A stretch of 58,843 bases of DNA, filler included, from Porpidia crustulata (taxonomy: Eukaryota), in the NCBI GenBank assembly GCA_964255105.1. It is 10 parts of 10 records of this genome, joined end to end, with 100 filler letters (N's around TTAATTAATTAA, not from the genome) between each part and the next. Parts side by side here need not be neighbours in the genome. Positions count along the whole stretch, not along the records: positions 11,836 to 17,643 come from CAXUWE010001696.1; positions 17,744 to 23,539 come from CAXUWE010001697.1; positions 23,640 to 29,434 come from CAXUWE010001698.1; 7 more parts are not named here. The stretch is one strand, 5' to 3'. Positions within the stretch are counted from its first letter, which is position 1; every line of letters starts with the position of its first letter. The position numbers and the translations under genes are program-made. This document shows positions 12,572-26,082 of this stretch, piece after piece. The notes below the pieces were generated by a model. That model made no database searches, was not told the origin of the DNA, and saw nothing but the letters and a program-made list of their open reading frames with translations.

Positions 12572-13016
12572 TGTATATGGAGAAGCTTATAATCTCAGTC
12601 GACGAGTGTGACTGGGAATATTATGTTGACCGTATGTGGTATGCTCGTACTCCTCTTACGGGTCAGAGGAAAGGGTCTATATATAGAAAGAGCATCTTTC
12701 ACAGACAGATTGCCTGTATTTCAGTGGTAATACGAAGGTAGAAATCATACATCCAGACGAAACCAAGATAGAGGGGAATGTTTATTGTTTCGAAGCCACC
12801 ACGACAGCCATTGCTGCAGGTCTGTTCCCCTACACGCCTTGTAAGGCGCCGGATATAAGCAAGATCCGACGATTAGCCAGGGGTAGATATCTTAAGCCGC
12901 ACAAAGTATCACACCAACACATTGACGCGATCACGACCAACAGCAACCGAGTGCTCGCTGGCTAGGCATCCATCGCTGAGTCTTGCAGCTTGCTTCGGTA
13001 GCTGAAGATCTCTCCG

Positions 13017-14862
<1,846 letters not shown>

Positions 14863-15738
14863 GCTTCACGGGGAGTATGCCATAGGCTACATGATGGAGT
14901 TGCCGAGGTTGAGCGGGGGTCTGACGGGGGTTTGATGACGATGATGATGTCTTGAGGAACAAGGGTAACAGCAATTCGATGTACGAGGGGGTGGTTGTAC
15001 CTATTGATACCCGAGAGAATACCCCCTGGTGGGATGTAACGATCGAACTTGCTGGCCTTACCGGATTCGAATCGTCTCATTCTGATAGTCACCTTGCAGC
15101 GTCCACTCATCGTTGTCTTAATCAAGACTCGTAATCTTATTGTGGAAGGTTATGATACCTTCATCCTTGCATCCTTACCCAATCGTCGTATCTATCGATC
15201 TCTCTTTGTGTTCCCCGCATTTTCCTTTCAACCAACGCTAAACCCAGTGTGTCATGTTTTCTCCATCTCTCCATCTCTCCCTCTTTCCCCTGCCGAGCTT
15301 CCTCCCTTGACCCCACACTCTTGGATCATAACAGTAACAGGTACAACAATAATAATAACAGTGGTACTAATAACTACTATGTACGCTTTTCTTCTGTCTT
15401 TGTTCTACGTACTCAAACTCTGCAGCCTGCTTACATCATGTGCTCCCGAGCGCCTCCCCCTCTGCGACTCCATCGACTCCATCGACTCCACTAAGGAGCT
15501 TTGGCCGCCACAACTGCCCATGTCTAACTTGGGGCCTTACTGCTTTCTCCTTTCCCCAGTGTAGAAGCTGCCCTTAGAGGAATGCAGGCTGTTCATGTCA
15601 CATTGCCACTCCCACCGTAGCATCTGCCCGCCCCAAGCCGTCGCTCTATGGCCATGCGACCTGAATTACATTTATGATTGTAATTCCAGCTTTTCTCGTT
15701 TTGTCTACGCATCTCTATTACGATTTCGTACACTCGTA

Positions 15739-17643
15739 ATGTATACCCCCATAGGTCTCCTCTCTGTTTTGTCCCTCACGTTCGTGACGCTTGCCCAGCA
15801 TGTTCATTATGAACCCCCCGAGGTCAAACAGGATGTCGACAATATGGTTCAGCAGTCTAACCAGTACGTAAGTTATCGGGGCCCAGATCACGATGTCCCG
15901 AAGAAACCAAAGCATGGGCCTGAGCCGCCTCCCGGTGTCACGTATTGGCTGGAGAACATCAAGCATCAAGGCATCGCGTCGTTCAACCCGAGTCCTGCCA
16001 CCTATCAAGTATTCCGCAACGTCAAGGACTTTGGTGCCAAAGGCATGTTCAGCGACGACTTTTGATACCTGTATAGACTGAATTCTGACTTCGCACTAGG
16101 TGATGGAGTTACCGACGATACCGCAGCCATTAATAATGCAATGAGCAGTGGAAACAGATGTGCTCCAGGGAAATGCCAATCCTCCACCACCACGCCTGCG
16201 GTGGTGTACTTCCCTGCCGGAACCTACATCATCTCCTCTTCCATCGTCGACTACTATTTCACCCAGATCATTGGGAACCCGAACAGTCTTCCAATATTAA
16301 GAGCCACCCCGAATTTCAGTGGATTCGGATTGATTGATGGCGATCAATATCAGGCAGGTGGCGTACTTAGCTTTGGGGGCACCAATGTCTTGTATGTGTT
16401 CGAAGCCGAGAAAGCTTCTCACGACGGAATACCAAGCTAACAGAAATGATTGCATAGCTATCGACAAGTCAGAAATATCATCTTCGACATGACCGATGTC
16501 CCGGCGAATCAGGCTGCTACTGGTATCCATTGGCCCACAGCGCAAGCAACAAGTTTGCAGAACTGTGTGTTTCAGATGAGTGATGCATCAGGGACCCAGC
16601 ACCAAGGAATTTTCATCGAGAGCGGTAATTCTTATCCAATCTACCCTGCAACGAATATCGCCTGATCTCCCTATTCTTAGGTTCGGGCGGTTTCATGACC
16701 GATCTCGTCTTCAACGGTGGATTATATGGTGTGCAATTTGGCAATCAGCAGTTTACGGTGCGAAACATGACATTCAACAATTGCGTAACAGCCATCAACC
16801 AGATCTGGGATTGGGGCTGGACTTACAAATCAATGAACATTAATAATTGCACCACCGGGCTGAATATGGCCAACGGAGGTCATAATGCGCAAACTGTGGG
16901 ATCCGTTACGTTCATTGACAGCTCCATCAGCAATACCAAAGTTGGCATCTCAACAGCCCACGACGCTACATCTCAGCCTCCTGCTGGGGGAAGCTTGATC
17001 CTCGAGAACGTTCAGCTCAACAATGTCTCTGTGGCTGTCCAGGGTCCGAACCAATCGATCGCTCTTGCAGGCTCCACAGGCCAGTCAACTATTGCCGCCT
17101 GGGGGGAAGGCCATTCATACACCCCACAGGGCCCAACCAACTTCGAGGGACCAATCACCCCGAACGACAGACCAGGATCTCTAGTCCGGGGTGGAAAGTA
17201 CTACGAACGTTCGAAGCCCCAATACGAACAAAATAGTGTTAATGACTTTGTCAGCGTTCGCTCCGCTGGTGCCAAAGGTGACGGAGTAACGGACGATTCG
17301 GATGTTCTCAATAAGGTCATCAAGAAGGCGGCCAAACAGGGGCAGATTGTTTATTTTGATGCTGGGATCTACAAAGTCACCGACACCATACAAATCCCAG
17401 CTGGTGCCAGAATCCTTGGTGAAACGTACCCCTTGATCATGTCCAGCGGGAAAGCTTTCAGCGACATGAGTAAGCCGAAAGCAGTGGTACAGGTAGGCGA
17501 AGAAGGCGAGCGAGGCACCATCGAATGGTCCGACATGATCGTCAGCACTCAAGGCGCCCAAGCCGGAGCCATCCTCATCGAATACAACCTCGCCTCGGAC
17601 GGAACCCCCTCGGGCCTCTGGGACGTTCACACCCGAATCGGAG
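15739..17643 (+). CDS. Secreted exo-beta-1,3-glucanase, glycoside hydrolase family 55, 3' truncated
   Basis: Signal peptide, YWLENIKHQG, FRNVKDFGAKGDGVTDDTAAIN, HWPTAQATSLQN, a second GAKGDGVTDD repeat and WDVHTRIG. Three introns, the first GC-AG. Confidence 0.93.
16043..16099 (+). other. GC-AG intron in the GH55 gene
   Basis: AAA G|gcatgt...tctgac...ctag|GT GAT GGA restores GAKGDGVTDD. The unspliced frame stops at 16065. Confidence 0.88.
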
Positions 17644-17743
17644 NNNNNNNNNNNNNNNNNNNNNNNNNNNNNNNNNNNNNNNNNNNNTTAATTAATTAAN
17701 NNNNNNNNNNNNNNNNNNNNNNNNNNNNNNNNNNNNNNNNNNN
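17644..17743. other. Artificial contig linker
   Basis: N44-TTAATTAATTAA-N44. Confidence 0.98.
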
Positions 17744-18546
17744 GGGTTGGGCGGGAAGGCTGAGTAGGCGGTTTGTGTGGGCGAGGAGATGGGCGATATG
17801 GCTCGGGAGAGCCTCTCGACGTTCTTGGGCTTCGAGGACTTGGGCGGAATGATCGAGGGGGTGAGCGAAGTGACGATTAAGAGGCTGTTGTTACTGCTGG
17901 GGTTAGGGATCGTTAAACCTAGGACTTTTTATGTAGGTCTCCAGACAAGAGGGTATACTTCGAACTTTTGCGTAGATCTAGGTCTTTTGCTGACTCAGAA
18001 AACACATCAATGACAATGAGTATTGTTCAAAGCTTTCTTTGATGTGGGTATTGACTTGACTGGACAAGAAAAGCACAGACAGAAGAAGCAAGACAAAGCG
18101 TTTGACGACATTTCGAGAACTCTTTCTTTCTTGAAGGGGGTACCGGTACCTTATCGAATTTGATAGGGGATGACTGAAGGTTAAGCCATGGAACGAAGAT
18201 TGGATGACGGCTGGACAAAGAGCTTCCTTTGAGACTGTGAAGGATAATAACTTTGACGGCTGATGAATAAGGTCGGAAATTGTTAACAATCATCAATAGT
18301 CGACATTGCCACAGGCTTTAGGCTAATTCCCATTAGTAGCCTGTCATTTCAGACAGCTTGCACTTGCAGGTCAATTCGACTGATGAGAAATTTCCCAAGT
18401 GTGTAGTAGACGATTGGTCTATTTGATCTGTCGAATTGAGTTGCTTGCGTTTCATGATGCCCACACAGACTGTAATACTTGGCACCCTAACCAAACCGGA
18501 AACTACTTACCATGTAAAGGGTATACCTTATAGTAATACCACAGGC

Positions 18547-19960
18547 TTATGACCTGCCCTCTCCGTTTCGGACCCTTTCGCAAAGTCTCTTAAGCATAGT
18601 CCCAGCACAGTCGAAATCTGCCATATCAAGGTATATTTGGCCGCTAAACCGAACCCACAGAGCGCCGGCGTGGAATTTGGCTGAGATCATAGTATTGGAG
18701 TCGGAAATTGTCCTGTCCGTGATCCACTGGCCAACAACCGAAGCCTCGTCAACAAAAATACTCTGGTCTTCCAATTTCTTCGATGGAGGAAGGCTTCGGG
18801 AAACAAAGATAAGAGGTAAGCGGACATTTGCAAAGCAGCACTTTGTGAGTGTATGAGATTTATTATCCATGACCTCGGTTCCCAACATGTGGGCTACATG
18901 GTCTGCCCCCAGGATTACGATACGGCGACAATACTTTCTTATACCCTCTTCACCGCCACAGATTTGTTGCCGGAATTTTATTGCATCGTGCACACAGGCA
19001 TAAGGCGTGCTATCAATGGTGGCGGCGTGAGTAAACGTTTTGACGAAATAGTTCTTTTCCTTGTTTTCTGATTGTCCAGTAGCCTCAGTCGCCGGCTGCA
19101 TGGGCACGCGTACATGTGATGTTGGCACTGCGGTGTGTATGAGATGCTGTTTACGAGCTGGAACGTGTAAAATGGCGCAGCCGCGAGGGACATAGAGCCA
19201 TCTAGAACCAACTCAGGTGCTAGTATCGGAATATCGATTTCAGGGGCTTCAAGGGCAGATATGTTTCAAGGATAACTTACTTGTGGCAACTGCTTGTGAA
19301 AAAGTCTGGTCCAACCTCCCCTACCTTTGTCAAGTCCAGGTGTCCAATCCCATGAGCACCGTCAACTAAGCTTAATATACCATCTTTTTTGCAGGCGTCC
19401 ACCAAGTCTTCCCATGGCACCCTTACCCCAGGGAATGCGCTTACTGTGTCGAAGAGGGCAATCCTCACTTGTCTCCCGCCTTTCTTGACGTATTCAATTA
19501 CTTTTTTAAAATCAAGGATGGCCTCGGAATCCTCTATCGGATACTCAAGATCAACGCACACACTGTCCAAAGGTGTCGTCTCACACACGTGTTTGAGAGT
19601 ATTCCATACCGCGCGGTAAACCGTGCTGAAGTAAAGAAGGACGTCTCCTTGTTTGTAGATCAGGTTTTTCAGCACGACATTTATGGCTGTGGTGACATTA
19701 GGCACAAAAACAATTTCATCGGTAGATACCCCAAGGAATGGAGCCACTGCAGCACGGGATTCTTCTATAAGCTTTGGCAGCTGATAGCGAATGAAGGTAT
19801 CAGGTCTTGCTTCGGTCAAATCCTGGATCTCGCGCTGGCGGTCGCGCACCTCGATTGGGAAAGCTCCATAAGTACCATGATTCAAAGGGAGGTAGGCCGC
19901 ATCGAATTGAAAATGACTTTTGCGAATAGGATGCCCAAAGGTTACAATGGGCTTAGGCAT
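18547..19960 (-). CDS. PLP-dependent class V aminotransferase / C-S lyase (Egt2 / isopenicillin-N-epimerase-like)
   Basis: LNHGTYGAFP, LVDGAHGIG and FFTSSCHK|WLYVPRG (PLP lysine split by one GT-AG intron), plus C-terminal WVRFSGQIYL. Confidence 0.85.
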
Positions 19961-20401
19961 TTTGTATGTAAGTCTACATCGTTTAGTTGAATGCTAACGT
20001 ATGAGATGACAAGAGACGAGGTAGCCCAAAGACATAGCAGAGCTTGTGAAACCAGATAATCAACCACAGAACAGTGCGTAACCTGAGGCATTGCAGAAAA
20101 GGAAAAGCGGGATAATGCATCGCACTTCCCTGATCTGGTAGCTGGGTCTGAACCATGCCAATTGCACTTCCAATTCATTGACATCCGACTGACACAAATA
20201 GCTTCACAGATAGATGAAGTTGCAGTGCTGATAGAGGAATTATTTGGGCACATCGCTGATGAAACAAATGAGATGTCGGAATTTTCATATCGTCACATGT
20301 TCAAACGGAACCATTCCGTCCTCTACCATGAAATTCAGCAGTGGGACCGATTTCCTCTCACTAGCACCATGCATCCTTGAACATTATACAGAGTGCCAAT
20401 C

Positions 20402-21590
20402 ATGGCAACAAATTCAATAAAATTGCTCACGGGCAACAGTCATCCAGAGTTGGCAAAGCTGGTCGCTGACAAGTGAGCAAAGAGCTCCAGAGATTATTGG
20501 ATTATTGCTGATTGGTACTCGAGACTCGGCATCGAGCTCACGAAGATCATGGTGCTGCAGTACTCGAATCAAGAGACCTCGGTGACCATTGGCGAGTCTG
20601 TGCGAGACGAAGATGGTACGCCCTATGAACTTCTCAAATGCCTCTCCCAACCTTTTGCCTCTGCCAGACCTCCCATTTTATTCGTCTGAACTAGCACGAG
20701 ATATGCTGACGCTGTTTTTCCCAGTCTTCGTTCTCCAGTCTACAGCCCCCGGCGACATCAACGATGGCCTCATGGAGCTCCTCATCATAATCAATGCCTG
20801 CAAGACCGCCTCCGCTCGTCGCATCACCGCTGTGATTCCTAATTTCCCATACGCCCGTCAGGACAAAAAGGACAAATCGCGCGCCCCCATAACCGCAAAA
20901 CTCATGGCAAATATGCTGCAGACGGCCGGATGCAACCATGTTATCACCATGGATCTACACGCAAGCCAGATCCAAGGGTTTTTCAATGTGCCCGTGGACA
21001 ATCTATACGCAGAACCAAGCACATTGAAATGGATCAAAGAAAACCTCGACATCTCCAACGCCGTCATCGTCAGCCCCGACGCCGGCGGCGCAAAAAGGCA
21101 CATCCCCGCAATCCCACCACCTTTCCCAGAATCCAGCTAACCCTCCCTAACAAGAGCGACCTCTATCGCCGACCGCCTCAACATCGGCTTCGCCCTCATC
21201 CACAAAGAACGCGCCCGCCCCAACGAAGTCTCCCGCATGGTCCTCGTCGGCTCCGTCGCCGCCCAAACCGCCATCCTCGTCGACGACATGGCCGACACCT
21301 GCGGCACCTTGGCCAAAGCCGCCGAGACCCTGATCCACCAGGGCCGCGCCAAGGAGGTCGTCGCCATCGTGACGCACGGGATTCTGTCGGGCAACGCCAT
21401 CGAGACGGTGAATGCGAGTTTGCTGTCGAGGGTGGTGGTGACGAACACGGTGCCGCACGGGGGCAAGAAGGAGCTGTTGGGGGGCCGGCTGGAGACGATT
21501 GATATCAGCGGCACGTTGGCGGAGGCGTGTCGGCGAACGCATAATGGGGAGAGCGTGAGTTTTTTGTTTAGTCATGCGCCGGTGGAGTGA
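20402..21590 (+). CDS. PRS: Ribose-phosphate pyrophosphokinase (PRPP synthetase)
   Basis: [50 protein letters not shown] and [10 protein letters not shown]. Introns at 20473-20523 (GAG acceptor), about 20617-20724, and 21098-21154 (GC donor). Confidence 0.96.
21098..21154 (+). other. GC-AG intron in PRS
   Basis: AAA AG|gcacat...gctaac...caag|A GCG ACC TCT restores [15 protein letters not shown]. The unspliced frame stops at 21140. Confidence 0.85.
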
Positions 21591-21998
21591 TGTAGATTTG
21601 GGTGGGATGAGAAGATGGATGTTGGGTATATATGGTGTACGATGGCGTTGTGGGTGCGAATTTAGGCGCGTCGAAACATGTGGATATGGCTTGGTGGTCA
21701 TTTGGGGCATCATATAGGAATATACCGGTCGAATAAAAGTCATCTGGATCAATGGATCGCTAAAAAATTAGGAATCGCATCGTGAACCGTCCCTAGCAGG
21801 CACGAACTTGACATCAATCCGAACGGCGATCAATTGCGGTATGCTCTACATGGTCACCCTCGTAAACGCAGCCAGATCAATCGCACGAGTCCATCACCAA
21901 CCATCTGAGCCTCCGCCAACTTACCCGTGCCAGCCCTACCTCCCCGTCTGAGCCATCAGCCAACCTCATCCATGATCCCCCTTATCCTACACCACGTC

Positions 21999-22869
21999 CT
22001 ACTTCCTCATCGACGACGCTCTCCGCTTGCGCAACTCGGTCTTCTTAGTCTTTTCCTCATTGACGCGTTTCGCGAGGATGGCGGCGTATTCGTTCTGTGT
22101 GATGTTGAGTCAGCAACGTGAGCACGATGTTTTTGACAAGCGTCAAGGGGGTAAGTAACGTACAGCGGCATCTTTGGACGCCTCGGCTTGGCGGCGCTTG
22201 AGGGCTCTTCGGTGGCGCTTGTGTTGGAGACGTTGTGGGGTGACGAGACGTTGGATTTTGGGGGCTTTGGTGTAGGATTTCTTGCCTTCGCCTTTGGGTT
22301 GGACTTCGCGACGGATGACGAATTTACGGACCTGTGTTAGGACGTAAAAGTTAGCATCAAGTACGGTTGATGGAGGGTGATGCAACGGTGTCCATAGAGG
22401 AAGTGCAACATACATCATCATCCTTGGTCAACCCAAAGAACCTTCTAATCTTCGTCGCCCTCTTCGGCCCCAATCTCTTCGGATGCACCTGATCCGTAAT
22501 CCCCGGCAGCTCCTCATCTCCCTGCTTCACGATACTCAACGCCAACACGCTCAAATCCATCGCCACGATGCAGCCGCGCACGCTCTTTCTCTTTCTCTCT
22601 CCCGTACGCCTGGGTCGGTAACAGCTGTGTCCGTCGCTCAACAACAACCTCACGCGAGTCGGGTGCATGATTCCTTGCTTCATCGGGAAACCTTGCTTGT
22701 CGTTGCCGCCGGTAATTTTGAAGACGTAGCCTTTGAATTCGGGGCCGACGCTGTCGCCGGGGACTTCGTGGCCCATGCGGCGGTCCATGAAGACGCGGAG
22801 TTTGCGCTCATCTTCGATCTCGATGAGCTTCTGTGTACCATTGGCCGGGTAGGAGATGTTGAGCTTCAT
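21999..22869 (-). CDS. RPS6: 40S ribosomal protein S6 (eS6)
   Basis: [35 protein letters not shown] and C-terminal [10 protein letters not shown]. Two GT-AG introns. Confidence 0.98.
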
Positions 22870-23539
22870 CTTGACGGTGGGGTTATGGTCAAGATGGGAG
22901 GGTTCGTTGTTGTAGTATGTCAAAAGATGTGTGTGGTGGGTTTAGATGCTTTCAGCGTAGGCGAGATTGATGTGTGGGCGCTAGTGGGCAGCACTAGCAG
23001 GGATAGCGAGCCCTACATTCTTACCTATCCTTTACTTCACCACCTGCACATACTACATACTTTATTCCCAAGATATACTTTCAGAAGCACTTTTGTGATG
23101 TTTCGAGTCCTCCGATTCTATTTTGGTCACAGAGTACTGCTCTTATCAATGTCAAACATAATTCGCGGGCGGGCTTGAAACTTTGAGCATCAGAAAGCCC
23201 AATGAACTTCGTTTCTCTACTATCGCCCATCTTTTTTGGGAAATTGACGTATCGTCAGCGTATTGAACACACATGTTACTTTTCTTCGCCTTTGTTCTAC
23301 TACTACGACGATTTCTACCGACCCTTATCTCTAGACTCCTAACATGCGCTGCTTTTGTTTCGGGGCCATTGACCCACACATGTTCTATATGGACAGAGAG
23401 GATTAGTAGAATCGCCAACAAGGACGATGGTCGAGGTGAAGTGATAAGTCTTTTGAATGGTGACGGCGATGATTAGCAGCCTTGGCCCTGACATTGAGCA
23501 AAAAGGAGGTGAACGTATGGGGAGCTCTGCGTGTAGATC

Positions 23540-23639
23540 NNNNNNNNNNNNNNNNNNNNNNNNNNNNNNNNNNNNNNNNNNNNTTAATTAATTAANNNNN
23601 NNNNNNNNNNNNNNNNNNNNNNNNNNNNNNNNNNNNNNN
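23540..23639. other. Artificial contig linker
   Basis: N44-TTAATTAATTAA-N44. Confidence 0.98.
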
Positions 23640-23973
23640 ATATTTTTCCAGAATTCCTCGCATTGATATTAAACACTGGTCGGCAGCTAACAAGGAAATG
23701 ACCCAATGATAATGTTAAATTATGGTGACAGCTTTGAAGCCGATAGCATCAAATCGGAACCTTTAGATATTTGACCGATAAGAAAACAACCACCGAGTAC
23801 CAATACCTATTCAGAACAAGTCCCTGTCCGTATCTTGCCTTTGACTCCCTTCTCCATGAGCGCGACTATTGTGCATCACCTGAAATGAGAACAAAAATGA
23901 TTGTAAAAAGCGCGAGCTTCTGAACAGCACCTAGGAAACCATTCCAAAGCCCCATCTGTCACTCCCAAATCTT

Positions 23974-25089
23974 TCACATTCTGTGCGCCTTCTTGGTCTC
24001 TCTTGCGACTGTCTCTTGAGTCTGATCCTTGATAGAAGGATTATCAATATATGACGAGGACGGAATGTCTACCGCCGGTCGAATGTGCCTTGGAGCACCT
24101 CTTTGGACAGGCCTCGGTCTTCCCTCATGAACATTCTTGTGATGACTTTGGAGTTTGTCCTTTCGGGGGAAACCTTTGTCCCCTTTATATTTACACCCGA
24201 TTTCTGGACACGGGTATCGTTTGACATTCTTACAGTGCCGGTTACCTGTGTGGCGGACCAGATCTTGGAAACGTGTGAAGGACGCTGTGCAATCAGGTAA
24301 ATTGCATCCGTACTTTCCTCCTTGTCGAAAATGCTGCCGTTCATGATCGTAAAAGACACGGTCCCAGGAGTCAGTTTCTCCATTGCAATGCTGGCCGCAC
24401 CCAGGAACACGACAATGATAATGACTAGAGTCTTTATAATGAGAGCAGAATTTCCTATCCATGTAGTCGATACATTTACTTGCACACCTTTCGGGTCCAA
24501 GTCTAGGCGACGACTTGATGCCAATACAAGTACATCTCAGACATCCACATTCCCCTTGGAGTGTTAGTGTAAGAGGATCGCCAGCCAAGGAGGACCCGAA
24601 AGACTCTTCCGAGGCTCTATTCGGGCACCTATCAAGGCCAGGCTGAACCCCACGAGCAATGGATTCAAAAATACATGGGGTCTCTGCGTCAGAGGTCGCT
24701 ATAGATCTTGAGCATTCCCTGTTGATTTGGTTTTGGTTCAGTACTGTTCTGTGGACCGAAGCGAAAGCCCGTTCTTCCTGATCGGCTTGCTGATCAATCA
24801 TCCACTGGAATCTTGGCTGGGGTATGTGACCCTCATCATTGATGGAAGATAGCGTACGCGGCTCAATTTGGCGACGGGTGTCGGCTGGTAACATGATGGC
24901 GGGCCGATCCGTTTCGCTTATTAGAGCTTCATGTATATTGCCACTTTTTTTCGCCCTTTTGTCAGCCAATAAAAAAAAACCTTACCCAACCCCCTCGCCC
25001 TGCAGCCAATCCACAGGGGAGGAGTTCAGGAGCGCCTCGAAATCAAACATCTCATTGGTGTCCATGTAGGGCGTGGTGTATGGATCCAT
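23974..25089 (-). CDS. C2H2 zinc-finger protein (putative transcription factor)
   Basis: YGCNLPDCTASFTRFQDLVRHTGNRH and YPCPEIGCKYKGDKGFPRKDKLQSHHKNVH. A short acidic exon 1 (MDPYTTPY...) joins through a short GTAAGG...GCTGAC...AAG intron near 24944-24985. Confidence 0.78.
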
Positions 25090-26082
25090 GACCTCGGAAA
25101 CGGGGAGCAAGTATGCGGTCAAAAAGGGCGAATGATATGGTTGGTGCGCTGGCAACTCGACGAGGCTGAGGAACAAATCTCGGTAACACAACCAATAAGA
25201 ACGGCAAACCCGACAACAGATTTTCGAAAAAGGCTTTGGAAAGAGCAGAGGATGAGGGACACTTATGTAGAAACCGTAGGCACCGAGGCGGACGCAGAAA
25301 AAAGGGCGGGCTGGTACTTTTCTGACCCTGGAAAGCGGTGGTCATAACGCCCTGGAAATGAGCCAGTCGGTTTTGTATGTCGTCAGTAGCGACTTGTCGT
25401 GTCTGGACACCTTGGTGCGAGATTCGCCCTCAATGGTCAGAAACCGAAGTCATTCGTGTTCCTCGTGCTTGAGCCTCGCTTTTTGAATCGGGCGACATGA
25501 CATTGGTTCACTCCTCTGCTGGAATCAGAGGGTTTGGAAATCTTCGTATTTACCTGCGATGGGCCAGACATGGTGCTAAAAACCCTTTCAAGCCCTAACC
25601 CTAGGCGCGCTGGCCCGTTGCTGCTAGCAATGTCTTCAGACCTTCCATCCTTTCGACCCCCTAGATAGCCTCCCACCTCCCAACAAACACCATTCTTTCC
25701 ATACCCGGTATACCAACATCTTCCTTCATGGGCGCCATCATTTCTACGCGGTGTCAGCAAAGGAGAATTAAAAAAAGTACCTCAATATCTCGTTTAGCCA
25801 TCTGACCCTCGTTTCGATTCGATCTTGTGTTTGTCCATGTGACCACAATGCGCTGCAGCACGTATCATTTTCTCGAACAGTTTTTCTTGTGGTTCCCACA
25901 GCAGCTGCATGACGGTGTGAGCAGCTCGGGATAATCATGACTATTGATAATGCTACTCGCTATTCATGATACACCGAAGTCCGCACTCGCCCTCACTCAA
26001 TTGTCCGGCTTGAGTGCTGGGTTCATAAGCTCAGGTAAGCACACCATGCAGAGCCTCAATTCACATCGGACACGTCCCACAT

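Noticed and set aside
15325..15490. ACA/TAA-rich tract and short CGACTCCAT tandem
   Set aside because: Ordinary low-complexity intergenic sequence.
17744..18300. Open minus-strand stretch at the start of contig 4
   Set aside because: Low-complexity Pro/Ser-rich translation with no supportable start or family.
18547..21590. Egt2-like lyase plus PRS as an ergothioneine/histidine cluster
   Set aside because: No Egt1 is present and the lyase substrate is unknown; adjacency alone is weak evidence.
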